A stretch of 64,000 bases of DNA, taken from NCBI GenBank assembly GCA_039807685.1, contig JBDHRR010000001.1:60505-124504 (forward strand), in the 5' to 3' direction. Shown here piece by piece: positions 37,453-46,730 of this stretch. The stretch is from Burkholderiales bacterium (GTDB taxonomy: Bacteria > Pseudomonadota > Gammaproteobacteria > Burkholderiales > Casimicrobiaceae). Every line of letters starts with the position of its first letter. The stretch's first letter is position 1. The notes beneath the pieces were generated by a model. That model made no database searches, was not told the DNA's origin, and saw nothing but the letters and a program-made list of their open reading frames with translations. The position numbers were made by a program, and so were the translations under genes.

Positions 37453-39372
37453 TTGCTCAAGATAGTCCAAGGCTTCCTGCAGTGGTTTTTCCTGCGGATG
37501 GAGGCGATCGGCAACCGGGTATTCGGCGATCGGCTGAACCCGATGTACTACCTGGGCGCGACGAGCTACTGGATGTTCTGGATCGTCGTCGCCAGCGGCC
37601 TGTACGTCTACGTTTTCTACGAGACCGGGGTCGACAAGACATACGCCTCGATGGAGGCGATCACGCACGGGCAGTGGTTCGCCGGCGGCATCATGCGCAG
37701 CGTGCACCGCTACGCGTCCGACGCGATGGTGCTGACCATGCTGCTGCACATGCTGCGGCATTTCGCCTTCGACCGCTATCGCAGCTTCCGCGCCTTCTCG
37801 TGGGTCACCGGCGTGATCGTGCTGTGGCTCGTCTACGCCTCGGGCGTGAACGGCTTCATGCTGCCCTGGGACAAGCTCGCGCAGTTCGTGGTGATCGGCA
37901 CCACCGAATGGCTCGATTCGCTGCCGGTGTTCAACGGCATCCTGACGCGCAATTTCATCACCCCCGACGCGATCACCGACCGGCTTTTCTCGCTCCTGTC
38001 GTTCCTGCACATCGGCATTCCGCTGGTGGTGATGCTCGCGCTGTGGATCCACACGCAGCGCGTGCCGCGCGCGTCGCAGATTCCGCCTCGCCGTCTCGCC
38101 TTCGGACTGCTCGCGATGCTGCTCGTGCTGTCGCTCGTGAAGCCGGTGGTGAGCCAGGCGCCCGCCGATTTCAACACGGTGCCGATGCGGCTCGACTTCG
38201 ACTGGTTCTATCTCACCGTCTATCCGCTCATCTACGCCTGGGATCCGCTCAAGCTGTGGATCCTCTGTGCCGGCGTCACCGTACTGCTGCTGGCGTTGCC
38301 GTGGCTGCCACCGGCGCGCAGCGGCAAGGGCCGCGCGTATCACCTGACGGCGCACCCGGGTCGCCAGGGCGCACCGGTGCGCGTCGGCGAGACGCTGCTC
38401 GACGCGGGGCTGCGCGCGGGCATCGCGCTGCCTTACGAATGCCGCTCTGGCGGCTGCGGCGTGTGCAAGGCGACGATGATCGGCGGCGAGGTCGAGATGT
38501 CGGGCTACCAGCCCTCCGCGCTCTCCGCCGAGGAGCGCAGCGCGGGTCGCATCCTGCTGTGCTGCGCCCGCGCGCTGTCCGATGTCGAGTTCGAATACGA
38601 GGCGGATGCGGCCGCCCGCGGCACGAAGATCGAGACCTACGAGACGCGCGTCGAGCGACTGGCGCCGCTCGCCCACGACGTGATGCTCGTCGCGCTGCGC
38701 CTGCCCGAGGGACGCAAGATCGAGTTCGAGGCCGGCCAGTACGTGAACGTCGTGCTCGACGGCGGCGCACGACGCAGCTACTCGTTCACGACGCCGTCGG
38801 GCGCCACCGACCTCATCGAACTGCACGTGCGGCTGATGCCTGGCGGGTTGTTCACCTCGCGCGTCTTCGAATCGATGAAGGTGGGCGATCCCATCACCAT
38901 CGAGGGCCCGGTGGGGTCGTTCGTGCTGCACGAGCCGAGCGAGAAGCCGCTCATCTTCGTCGCCGGCGCGACCGGCTTCGCGCCGGTCAAGAGTCTCCTC
39001 GAACAGGCTTTCCACATGGGGATCCAGCGGCCGCTCTACCTGTACTGGGGCGTGCGCCGTCGCCGCGATCTCTACCTCACCGAGTTGCCGGAACGCTGGG
39101 CGCGCGAGCACCCCAATTTCCACTTCGTGCCCGTGCTCTCGGAGGCGGCCCCCGAGGACGACTGGCACGGCCGCACGGGCCTCGTCCACGAGGCGATCCT
39201 CGCCGATTTCCCGAACCTGTCGGGCTTTGCGGTCTACGCCTGCGGTTCGGTGCGCATGGTCGCCGCGGCGCGGCCGGCGTTCGTCACGCAGGGCCTGCAC
39301 GAGGATGCGTGCTACTCCGACGCGTTCATCCCCGCCGGTGGCGCCGAGCCGGGAGTCGCGCCGCCCGCGTAA
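37453..39372 (+). CDS. Cytochrome b - [2Fe-2S] ferredoxin - FAD/NAD(P)H reductase fusion
   Basis: Heme His SVHRY, LLHML, FLHIG, WIHTQ; FDWFY; CRSGGCGVC...LLCC; RSYS (FAD); AGATGFAP and YACG (NAD). RBS GGAGGA before TTG. Confidence 0.88.
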   Translation: MLKIVQGFLQWFFLRMEAIGNRVFGDRLNPMYYLGATSYWMFWIVVASGLYVYVFYETGVDKTYASMEAITHGQWFAGGIMRSVHRYASDAMVLTMLLHMLRHFAFDRYRSFRAFSWVTGVIVLWLVYASGVNGFMLPWDKLAQFVVIGTTEWLDSLPVFNGILTRNFITPDAITDRLFSLLSFLHIGIPLVVMLALWIHTQRVPRASQIPPRRLAFGLLAMLLVLSLVKPVVSQAPADFNTVPMRLDFDWFYLTVYPLIYAWDPLKLWILCAGVTVLLLALPWLPPARSGKGRAYHLTAHPGRQGAPVRVGETLLDAGLRAGIALPYECRSGGCGVCKATMIGGEVEMSGYQPSALSAEERSAGRILLCCARALSDVEFEYEADAAARGTKIETYETRVERLAPLAHDVMLVALRLPEGRKIEFEAGQYVNVVLDGGARRSYSFTTPSGATDLIELHVRLMPGGLFTSRVFESMKVGDPITIEGPVGSFVLHEPSEKPLIFVAGATGFAPVKSLLEQAFHMGIQRPLYLYWGVRRRRDLYLTELPERWAREHPNFHFVPVLSEAAPEDDWHGRTGLVHEAILADFPNLSGFAVYACGSVRMVAAARPAFVTQGLHEDACYSDAFIPAGGAEPGVAPPA

Positions 39373-39382
39373 CCGGCCGCCC

Positions 39383-40117
39383 CTATCGGGGTTCGACGCT
39401 GCACAGGTACGGCATCCAGGGGTGCAGCGCCGGTATCGCGGTGACGAGCCACGGTCCGGTGAGCGTGAGCGTCGCCCCGGCGAGCAGCACGACGCCCGCA
39501 CCGCGGCGCAGCGCGGGGCGCGAACCGAGTGCCGCGAGCCGGCGCGCACCGAACGCCACGGCGAGCATCGCCGGCGCGGTGCCGAGGCCGAACATCAGCA
39601 TCGTGGCCGCGGCGCGCAGCGCGTCGAGTTGCAGCGCGGCCAGGGTCAGCACCGTGTAGACGAAGCCGCAGGGCATGAATCCCCAGACCATGCCGAAGCC
39701 GATCGCGCGCGGCAGGCTCGTCACCGGCAGGAGCTTGCGGCCGAGCGGCGCGAGCTTGGGCCAGAGGTGGCGGCCGACGAAGCCGGCGCCGACGTCGCGC
39801 AGGCGACCGAAGGCGACGAGAGCCGCGACGAGCAGTGCGAGCGCGGCAATGACCCGCAGCGTGCGGCGCACCGCCTCGGCAGCGAGCGCGTCGGCAAGCG
39901 CGCCGAGCGCACCACCCACGACGAGCGCAACGAGCGCGTAGGCGAGCACGCGGCCGACCTGGTAGCCGATGAGGAAGTCGGCGCGGGGCCGTCCATTCGC
40001 CCCGCGCGCGGTCGCGAGTCCGAGTGCTGCGGAAATCCCGCCGCACATCACGAGGCAGTGTCCGCCCGCGGCGAGCCCCAGCAGGAGTGCCGCGAGGAGC
40101 GTGATGTTGCCGGTCAT
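39383..40117 (-). CDS. cbb3-associated DsbD_2/TauE-like membrane protein
   Basis: GGHCLVMCGG, GYQVGRVLAY, WGFMPCGFVY, FGLGTAPAM; end of the cco operon. Confidence 0.82.
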   Translation of the reverse strand: MTGNITLLAALLLGLAAGGHCLVMCGGISAALGLATARGANGRPRADFLIGYQVGRVLAYALVALVVGGALGALADALAAEAVRRTLRVIAALALLVAALVAFGRLRDVGAGFVGRHLWPKLAPLGRKLLPVTSLPRAIGFGMVWGFMPCGFVYTVLTLAALQLDALRAAATMLMFGLGTAPAMLAVAFGARRLAALGSRPALRRGAGVVLLAGATLTLTGPWLVTAIPALHPWMPYLCSVEPR

Positions 40118-40317
40118 GGCGTCTCGCCCGGTGTCACCTGCCAGCGTGCCGCGGGTGGCACGGGTGGCGCCGCCAGCGGGTCGACGTCGGTGAGCGGCAG
40201 CAGGCCCGGCGTTTCCATGTCGTCGAACTGCCCGTGGTCGACCGCCCAGAAGAGGACGAAGCCGGCGCCGATGAGGACCACGATCGAGACGCCGATGAGC
40301 ACGACGAGAATGCTCAC
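40114..40317 (-). CDS. ccoS: cbb3 oxidase maturation protein CcoS/FixS
   Basis: GTG start; MSILVVLIGVSIVV...FWAVDHGQFDDMETP. Confidence 0.88.
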   Translation of the reverse strand: MSILVVLIGVSIVVLIGAGFVLFWAVDHGQFDDMETPGLLPLTDVDPLAAPPVPPAARWQVTPGETP

Positions 40318-40378
40318 CGGACGACCCTCCGCGCGATCGCGCTGCGGGGCAATCCGCCCTCGGGACGGCCCGTCGGGC

Positions 40379-42832
40379 TCATGCTGCCACCTGCGCCGGC
40401 GTTGGTGCCGGTTGCACGGTGTGGCGCCGCTCGCGTCCGATGCGCAGCGCATTGAGCACCACGATGAGCGAGCTCGCCGACATGCCGAGTGCCGCAAGCC
40501 ACGGCGGCACGAAGCCGAGCGCGGCGAGCGGGACCGCGGAAAGGTTGTAGAACAGCGCCCAGCGCTGGTTGACGAGGAGCGTCGCCAGCGTGCGCTTCGC
40601 CAGTGCGCAGGTGTCGGCGAGCGCGCGCGGATCGTCGCGGGCGAGCACGACGTCGCTTGCCGTCTGCGCGATCGCCGCTCCGGAGGCCATCGCCACCCCG
40701 ACGTCGGCGCCGGCGAGCACCGGGGCGTCGTTGATCCCATCACCCACGGCGACGACGCGCGCGCCACCTGTCCGCCGTTCGCGCAGCCAGACGAGCTTGC
40801 CGGCGGGATCGGTGCCCGCACGCCACGTCGCGATGCCGAGCGCGGCGGCGGTTGCGGCGACCTTGGACGGCGCGTCGCCACTCACCAGCGCGACCTCGAT
40901 CCCCGCTGCACGCAACCGGTCGACGGCGTCGCGCGCGCCTTCACGGAGGCGCTCGCGCACGTGCAGCACGGCGATCACTCCCGCCTCGTCGGCGAGCACG
41001 ACGGCGTCGTCGCCGTGTACTGCGGCGTCGCGCGCGGCGGGGTCGCGCAGCGCGAAGCCGGCGTGGCCGAGCCGCAGGCGGCGCGCGCCGATGCACCCCG
41101 CGACCCCGGCACCGGCCTCGGTGATGGCATCGTCGACGTGCAGCGGCGACGCGGGCACCGCGGCGGCAATCGCCCGCGATACCGGGTGCGTGCTGGTACG
41201 CGCGAGTGCTGCGGCCAGCGCCAGTGCCTCGTCACGCGCGATGCCGCCGAAGACCTCGACGCGGTCGAGTTCGAGCCACGGCTCGGTGAGCGTCCCCGTC
41301 TTGTCGAACATCACGTGGGTCGCGCCGGCGAGCGCTTCCAGCGCATCGGGCCGAACCACCAGCACGCCGCGCGCGGCGAGGACCGCGAGCGCACGCGTCA
41401 CCGCTGCCGGGGCGGCGAGCGCGAAGGCGCACGGACACGAGACGACGAGCACGGCGACGGTCGCTGCAAACGCGCGCGTCGGATCGACGATGCTCCAGCC
41501 GAGTGCGGTCAAGGCGGCGAGCGTGAGGACGCGGGCGACGAATCGCGCGGCGGCGCGTTCGCCGGCCAGCGCGATGCGCGGCCGCTCGCTTGCCGCGCGG
41601 GAGGCGAGGGCGACGATCGAGGACAGGACGGTGTCGGCACCGGTGCGCTCGACGCGCACGGTCGCCGCCACGTCGACGACCACGCTGCCCGCGCACAGCG
41701 CGTCGCCGGTGCGCTTGACGACTGGCGTCGACTCGCCGGTGAGCAGCGACTCGTCGACGCGACAGGGCGCGCTCTCCAGCATGCCGTCGGCCGGGACGAG
41801 CGTGCCGACTGCGACCAGCACGCGATCGTCGGGGACGAGTTCGAATGCTCCCACGCGGGTCGTCGTGCCGTCGGCGGCAAGACGCAGCGCGACCTGCGGC
41901 GCCGAGCGCGCCAGCGCGTCGGTGAGATCGCCGGCACGATGGCGCGCCCGCATCTCGAGATAGCGCCCGACCAGCAGGAAGAAGACGAACATGCTCACCG
42001 ATTCGAAGTACACCTCGCCGCTGCCGCGCAGCACTTCGATCACGCTGCCGGCGTAGATGAGCGCAATGGCGAGTGCGACCGGCACGTCCATGCCGAGGCG
42101 ACGCGCGCGCAGGAGGCGCAGCGCGCCGGCAAAGAACGGCGCGCCGGCGTAGATCACCACCGGCGTGGCGACCGCGAAGCCCAGCCATCGGAAAAGTTCG
42201 CGGGCCGCCGGATCGAGATCGTCGAAGGCGCCGAAGTAGAGTGCGCTTGCATACATCATCGCCTGCATGGCGCCGAAGCCGGCCACCGCCAGGCGCTTCA
42301 TGGCCGAGCGCGATTCGCGCCCGCGGGCGTCGTCGAGCGCCGCGGCGTCGAGCGGCAGCGCCCGGTAACCCAGGCGCGCGAAGGCGTCGACGATCGCCGG
42401 CAGCGCCACGCGGGCGGGATCGAAGCTGATGCGCGCGCGCCGCGCGCTGCCGTTGACGGCCACCTGCGCCACGCCCGGCAGCGTCCCCACGCCGTGCTCG
42501 ATCAACCACGAGCACGCCGCGCAGCGCAGGCCGTCGACGACGACCACGGTTTGCGCGCTGCCATCGGGCAGTGCCTGCACGAGATGGCGCGCGAGTTCGG
42601 GGCGGGCGAAGGCCTGCGCCGCACGCGCGGTCTCGTCGAGATCGGGCGCTCGCGGCGCAACGCGCTCGCGCAGGCGGTAGTAGTCGGCGAGTCCGAGTGT
42701 GCCGATCCATTCGGCGGCGGCACGACAGCCGGGACAGCACACCGCGTGCGCTTCGCCGGCGACGTGCGCGAGCGGCGGGTCGTGCGGCAGCGGTTCACCG
42801 CAGTGCCAGCAACCGTGGCGGTCGCTGCTCAT
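40379..42832 (-). CDS. ccoI: cbb3-associated copper P1B-ATPase CcoI/FixI
   Basis: N-terminal CWHC...CCPGC, CAAC HMA domain, [21 protein letters not shown]. Confidence 0.92.
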   Translation of the reverse strand: MSSDRHGCWHCGEPLPHDPPLAHVAGEAHAVCCPGCRAAAEWIGTLGLADYYRLRERVAPRAPDLDETARAAQAFARPELARHLVQALPDGSAQTVVVVDGLRCAACSWLIEHGVGTLPGVAQVAVNGSARRARISFDPARVALPAIVDAFARLGYRALPLDAAALDDARGRESRSAMKRLAVAGFGAMQAMMYASALYFGAFDDLDPAARELFRWLGFAVATPVVIYAGAPFFAGALRLLRARRLGMDVPVALAIALIYAGSVIEVLRGSGEVYFESVSMFVFFLLVGRYLEMRARHRAGDLTDALARSAPQVALRLAADGTTTRVGAFELVPDDRVLVAVGTLVPADGMLESAPCRVDESLLTGESTPVVKRTGDALCAGSVVVDVAATVRVERTGADTVLSSIVALASRAASERPRIALAGERAAARFVARVLTLAALTALGWSIVDPTRAFAATVAVLVVSCPCAFALAAPAAVTRALAVLAARGVLVVRPDALEALAGATHVMFDKTGTLTEPWLELDRVEVFGGIARDEALALAAALARTSTHPVSRAIAAAVPASPLHVDDAITEAGAGVAGCIGARRLRLGHAGFALRDPAARDAAVHGDDAVVLADEAGVIAVLHVRERLREGARDAVDRLRAAGIEVALVSGDAPSKVAATAAALGIATWRAGTDPAGKLVWLRERRTGGARVVAVGDGINDAPVLAGADVGVAMASGAAIAQTASDVVLARDDPRALADTCALAKRTLATLLVNQRWALFYNLSAVPLAALGFVPPWLAALGMSASSLIVVLNALRIGRERRHTVQPAPTPAQVAA

Positions 42833-42860
42833 CGTCGTGGCGGGCCGGCGAGCACGGCCG

Positions 42861-43103
42861 TCAGCGCGGCGTGGCGGCCCCACCTTCGGTGACGGGCGGT
42901 GCCGGCGCTCGCTCGCGGGGGACCTTGAAGACGGTGGCGCTACCTACGGCAACGTCGGTGTCGGCGTGACGGACCGCGACCACGATCAACCAGATGCAAC
43001 CGGCGAGCGAGGCGGCGAGGATCGCCGCCCCGATCCAGATCAGCGGCGGGATGTTGCGCAGGGTGCGTGCCGGCGCGACGGCGCGCTCATCGTCGCGCGG
43101 CAT
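42861..43103 (-). CDS. Short FixH/CcoH-like single-TM protein
   Basis: Position between ccoP and ccoI; PPLIWIGAAILAASLAGCIWLIVVAVRHAD resembles the FixH N-terminal TM. Confidence 0.55.
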   Translation of the reverse strand: MPRDDERAVAPARTLRNIPPLIWIGAAILAASLAGCIWLIVVAVRHADTDVAVGSATVFKVPRERAPAPPVTEGGAATPR

Positions 43104-43998
43104 CGGGATGCGAGATCGCGTACACGTAGGCCGCGATCATGCGCATGTCGTCGTCGGAAAGTCGTCCGCGCCACGCCGGCATGACGCCGCCGCGGCCACC
43201 GCGCACGGTGCGCAGCAGGTCCGCCTGCTCGCCGCCGTAGAGCCAGATGGTGTCGGTGAGGTTGGGCGCACCCATCGCCGTATTGCCCTTGCCGTCGGCG
43301 CCGTGGCACACGGCGCAATTCGCCTTGAAGACCGTCCTGCCGACTTGGGCGCGCAGGCTGTCGTGCGGTTTGCCGGCGAGGCTGCGCACGTACTGGACGA
43401 CGTCCATGATCGATGCCTCCGGGAGCACGCCCGCAAACGCCGGCATGCCGCCTTGCCGGCCGTCCTCGATCGAGGTCAGGATTGCCTTGCCGTCGCCACC
43501 GTAGAGCCAGTCGCCGTCGGTGAGGTCGGGGGCGCCGATCACCGGATTCCCGTGGCCCTCGCGCCCGTGGCACGAGGCGCAGTTGTCGATGAACATCCGC
43601 TGGCCGATGCGCACCACCTCGCGATCGGTCGCGAGCGTCTCGATCGGCGTGCTGGCGACGCGTGCGCGCACCGGCGCCTCGAGCGCCGCGTTGGCGGCGG
43701 TGTCCTGCGCGTGTTCTCCGGCCGAGGTCCAGCCGAGGGCGCCCTTGGAAGCGCCGAACCCGGGATACAGCGCGAGATAGGTGAAGCCGCTGACGAACAG
43801 CGCCGCGGAGATCACGATCCACCACGTCGGCAACCGGTGCAGGCCCTCGCGCAGCACGCCGTGCGCCCAGACGTGACCGGTGGTGCCGTCGGGCTGCGTC
43901 GGGATGTCGACGCGCGGCCCCCACAGGAAGAGGAACAGCGTGATCCCGAGGTTGAAGACGATGAGCGCGATCACCCACCCGGACCAGAAGGTTGTCAT
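43087..43998 (-). CDS. ccoP: cbb3 oxidase subunit III (diheme cytochrome c)
   Basis: TTGHVW..LREGLHRLPTWW; CASCH and CAVCH. Confidence 0.93.
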   Translation of the reverse strand: MTTFWSGWVIALIVFNLGITLFLFLWGPRVDIPTQPDGTTGHVWAHGVLREGLHRLPTWWIVISAALFVSGFTYLALYPGFGASKGALGWTSAGEHAQDTAANAALEAPVRARVASTPIETLATDREVVRIGQRMFIDNCASCHGREGHGNPVIGAPDLTDGDWLYGGDGKAILTSIEDGRQGGMPAFAGVLPEASIMDVVQYVRSLAGKPHDSLRAQVGRTVFKANCAVCHGADGKGNTAMGAPNLTDTIWLYGGEQADLLRTVRGGRGGVMPAWRGRLSDDDMRMIAAYVYAISHPDAARR

Positions 43999-44153
43999 GG
44001 CGTTTCTTCGCTCTCGTCTTCCATCGGCAACCGCGCCAGGGCATCGAACGTCGGCCGGTGATACGGCAGCCACGCCCAGATCCAGATGCCGATGAAGACG
44101 AGCATCAGGATCACGGTGATGACACCGGCCAGGTGTCCCCAGAGCGGATTCAT
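43995..44153 (-). CDS. ccoQ: cbb3 oxidase subunit IV (52 aa)
   Basis: Below the ORF-track cutoff; manual translation [52 protein letters not shown]; 4-nt overlaps on both sides. Confidence 0.88.
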   Translation of the reverse strand: MNPLWGHLAGVITVILMLVFIGIWIWAWLPYHRPTFDALARLPMEDESEETP

Positions 44154-44866
44154 GGCTTGCCGCCTTCCGCGGCCTTGGTGTTGCCGGCGGCGGCCGCCGC
44201 AGTGCCGGCCGGTGCAGCGCTGCCGGATGCCGGCGCGGCGCCCGGATGCGGCGTGACGTTCAGCACGCCCAGCCCCTGCAGGTAGGCGACGATCGCGTCC
44301 ATGTTGGTCTTGCCTTCGACCGCCTTGGCGGCACCGGCGATGTCTTCGTCGGTGTACGGGTCACCCAGGGTGCGCAACGTGCGCATGCGTGCGGCAACAT
44401 CAGCACCGTCGATCTTCTCGTCGACGAGCCACGGATACCCGGGCATGTTCGATTCGGGCACGAAGTGCCGGGGCGCGATCAGGTGTTGGCGCTGCCACTC
44501 GTCGGAGTATTTGCCGCCGACGCGCGCGAGGTCGGGGCCGGTGCGCTTCGAGCCCCACTGGAACGGCCGGTCGTAGACCGATTCGCTCGCCACCGAGTAC
44601 GCGCCGTAGCGCTGCGTCTCGGCGCGCAGCGAGCGGATCATCTGCGAGTGACACAGGTAGCAGCCCTCGCGCACGTAGATGTCGCGGCCGGCGAGCCGCA
44701 AGGCGTCGTAGGGTTTGACGCCCTCCGGCGCTGCCATCTTGTGCGCCTCGACGAAGATCGGCGTGATCTCCGAGAGGCCGCCCAAAGACACCATGACGAG
44801 GGTCAGCACGCCGAGGAGTGCAGCGTTCTTCTCGATCGCCTCGAAATACTTGTAACCGCGGGCCAT
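44150..44866 (-). CDS. ccoO: cbb3 oxidase subunit II (monoheme)
   Basis: [47 protein letters not shown]. Confidence 0.95.
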   Translation of the reverse strand: MARGYKYFEAIEKNAALLGVLTLVMVSLGGLSEITPIFVEAHKMAAPEGVKPYDALRLAGRDIYVREGCYLCHSQMIRSLRAETQRYGAYSVASESVYDRPFQWGSKRTGPDLARVGGKYSDEWQRQHLIAPRHFVPESNMPGYPWLVDEKIDGADVAARMRTLRTLGDPYTDEDIAGAAKAVEGKTNMDAIVAYLQGLGVLNVTPHPGAAPASGSAAPAGTAAAAAGNTKAAEGGKP

Positions 44867-44876
44867 CGCTTGTTCC

Positions 44877-46352
44877 TCAGCCTTGCGCCGGCAACGGAGC
44901 CGGAACCTGATGCGGCTCAGGCTCGGGGATCGGTACCGGGATCGGATTGATGAGCCGCGCGCGGGCATCCGCGGCCGTGTGCCAGAGATTCCACGCCATC
45001 ACCACCATGCCGGTGAGGATGAGCACGCCGCCGAACCAGCGCACGACGTACAGCGGCTTGATCGCGATCAGGCTGTCGATGAACGGATAGACGAGCGAGC
45101 CGTCGGGGTGCGTGGCGCGCCACATGAGACCCTCGGTGACGCCGGCGATCCACATCGAGATCACGTAGAGCAGCGTGCCGGCCGTGTGCAGCCAGAAGTG
45201 CAGCTCCATCCCGCCGTGCGAGTGCATCGCCGGCCGGCCGAGCGCGCGCGGCGCCATCGCGTACAGCGAACCGATGGTGATCATCGCCACCCAGCCGAGC
45301 GACCCCGAGTGCACGTGCGCGATCGTCCAGTCGGTGTAGTGCGACAGCGCGTTGACCGTCTTGACCGCCATCAGCGAGCCCTCGAACGTCGACGCCGCGT
45401 AGAAGACGAGCGAGAGCACCATGAACTTGGCCGCGGGGTCGCTGCGCAGCCGGTGCCACGACCCGTTGAAGGTGAGGAGGCCGTTGGCGGCCGAACCCCA
45501 GCTCGGCATGAGGAGGACGAGCGAGAACGCCATGCCGACCGACTGCACCCAGTCGGGCAGCGCGGTGAACATGAGGTGGTGCGGCCCCGCCCACATGTAG
45601 ATCGAGATCAGCGCCCAGAAATTGACGATCGAGAAGCGGTAGCTCCAGAGCGGCTGCTGCGCCTGCCGCGGGACGAAGTAGTACATCATCCCGAGGAAGC
45701 CCGCGGTGAGGAAGAAGGCCACCGCGTTGTGGCCGTACCACCACTGCACCAGCGCGTCGACGGTGCCCGAATACACCTGGTAAGACTTGCCCATCGAGAC
45801 GGGAAGCGCGATGTTGTTGACGATGTGCAGGAGGCCCACCGCGATGATGAAGGCGCCGTAGTACCAGTTGGCGACGTAGATGTGGCGGATGCGTCGCTTG
45901 GCGAGCGTGCCGAAGAAGACAACGCCGAAGCTCACCCAGACCGCGGCGACCGCGATGTCGACGAACCACTCGGGCTCCGCGTACTCCTTGCTCTGCGTGA
46001 TGCCGAACGGCATCGTCGACATCGCCAGGATGCAGCCCAGTTGCCAGCCCCAGAAGGTGACGTTGGCGAGCGCGGTGAAGGCGAGCCGCGTGTGCGCGGT
46101 GCGCTGCACGACGTAGTAGCAGGTGCCGATCAGCGCCGACCCGCCGAAGGCGAAGATCACGCCGAACGTGTGGTTGGCGCGGATGCGGCTGAAGGTGAGC
46201 CAGGGGACGTCGAAATTGAGCGCCGGCCAAGCGAGTTCCGCCGCCGCGTAGACGCCGATCGACATGCCGACGATGCCCCACACCGCCGCGGCGAGCAGGA
46301 ACAACCGTACGATCTGGTCGTTGTAGGTTTCCTTGGGTCGCGTGACTGGCAT
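44877..46352 (-). CDS. ccoN: cbb3 oxidase subunit I
   Basis: [17 protein letters not shown] (C-family Tyr present), [15 protein letters not shown]; start 46352 or 46424. Confidence 0.95.
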   Translation of the reverse strand: MPVTRPKETYNDQIVRLFLLAAAVWGIVGMSIGVYAAAELAWPALNFDVPWLTFSRIRANHTFGVIFAFGGSALIGTCYYVVQRTAHTRLAFTALANVTFWGWQLGCILAMSTMPFGITQSKEYAEPEWFVDIAVAAVWVSFGVVFFGTLAKRRIRHIYVANWYYGAFIIAVGLLHIVNNIALPVSMGKSYQVYSGTVDALVQWWYGHNAVAFFLTAGFLGMMYYFVPRQAQQPLWSYRFSIVNFWALISIYMWAGPHHLMFTALPDWVQSVGMAFSLVLLMPSWGSAANGLLTFNGSWHRLRSDPAAKFMVLSLVFYAASTFEGSLMAVKTVNALSHYTDWTIAHVHSGSLGWVAMITIGSLYAMAPRALGRPAMHSHGGMELHFWLHTAGTLLYVISMWIAGVTEGLMWRATHPDGSLVYPFIDSLIAIKPLYVVRWFGGVLILTGMVVMAWNLWHTAADARARLINPIPVPIPEPEPHQVPAPLPAQG

Positions 46353-46509
46353 GGCGGGCGTGGGCGTGATCGGCCGGAAGTGGGCGCGGGCCTGACACGT
46401 CGGGCCAACCAGCGGGGGCGGCACGACCGCGCGCTGCCGGCGTGAGCCCGCATTTTCACCTCATCACATGCCTTTCATCAAGCGGCGCGTGCCCGAAGCG
46501 ATCGGGAGA

Positions 46510-46523
46510 TTGATTCCGATCAA
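46510..46523. promoter_or_regulatory. FNR box upstream of ccoN
   Basis: Perfect TTGAT-TCCG-ATCAA. Confidence 0.88.
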
Positions 46524-46730
46524 GGGCGCTATCCGTCCGGATCGCATCGTCTGCGACGCGACCTCGGCACTGACGAAGGTGGAGCGATGCACGCGAGGAC
46601 TCGATCGTGGGTCGAGACCGGGTGGCGTTACGAAGTCCGACTAGCACTGTAGAATGCCCCGTGATGACCCTCGTCGGCGATGTCGGGGTCGAGGCGGCAA
46701 GTACGATCGCGAGCCGGATCGCGCCGATGT

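Noticed and set aside
39383-40117. TauE/SafE-like protein as the sulfite exporter for the xsc pathway
   Set aside because: It is 27 kb from xsc, coupled to ccoS, and has the HCxxMCG/PCG motifs of the cbb3-associated DsbD_2 group.
39227-42892. 1221-aa plus-strand ORF and other long Arg/Ala-rich ORFs (858-2888, 10380-12359, 14685-16730, 16477-18088, 37438-39549, 57716-59482)
   Set aside because: Antisense or off-frame shadows of real genes in high-GC DNA; no motifs and low-complexity composition.
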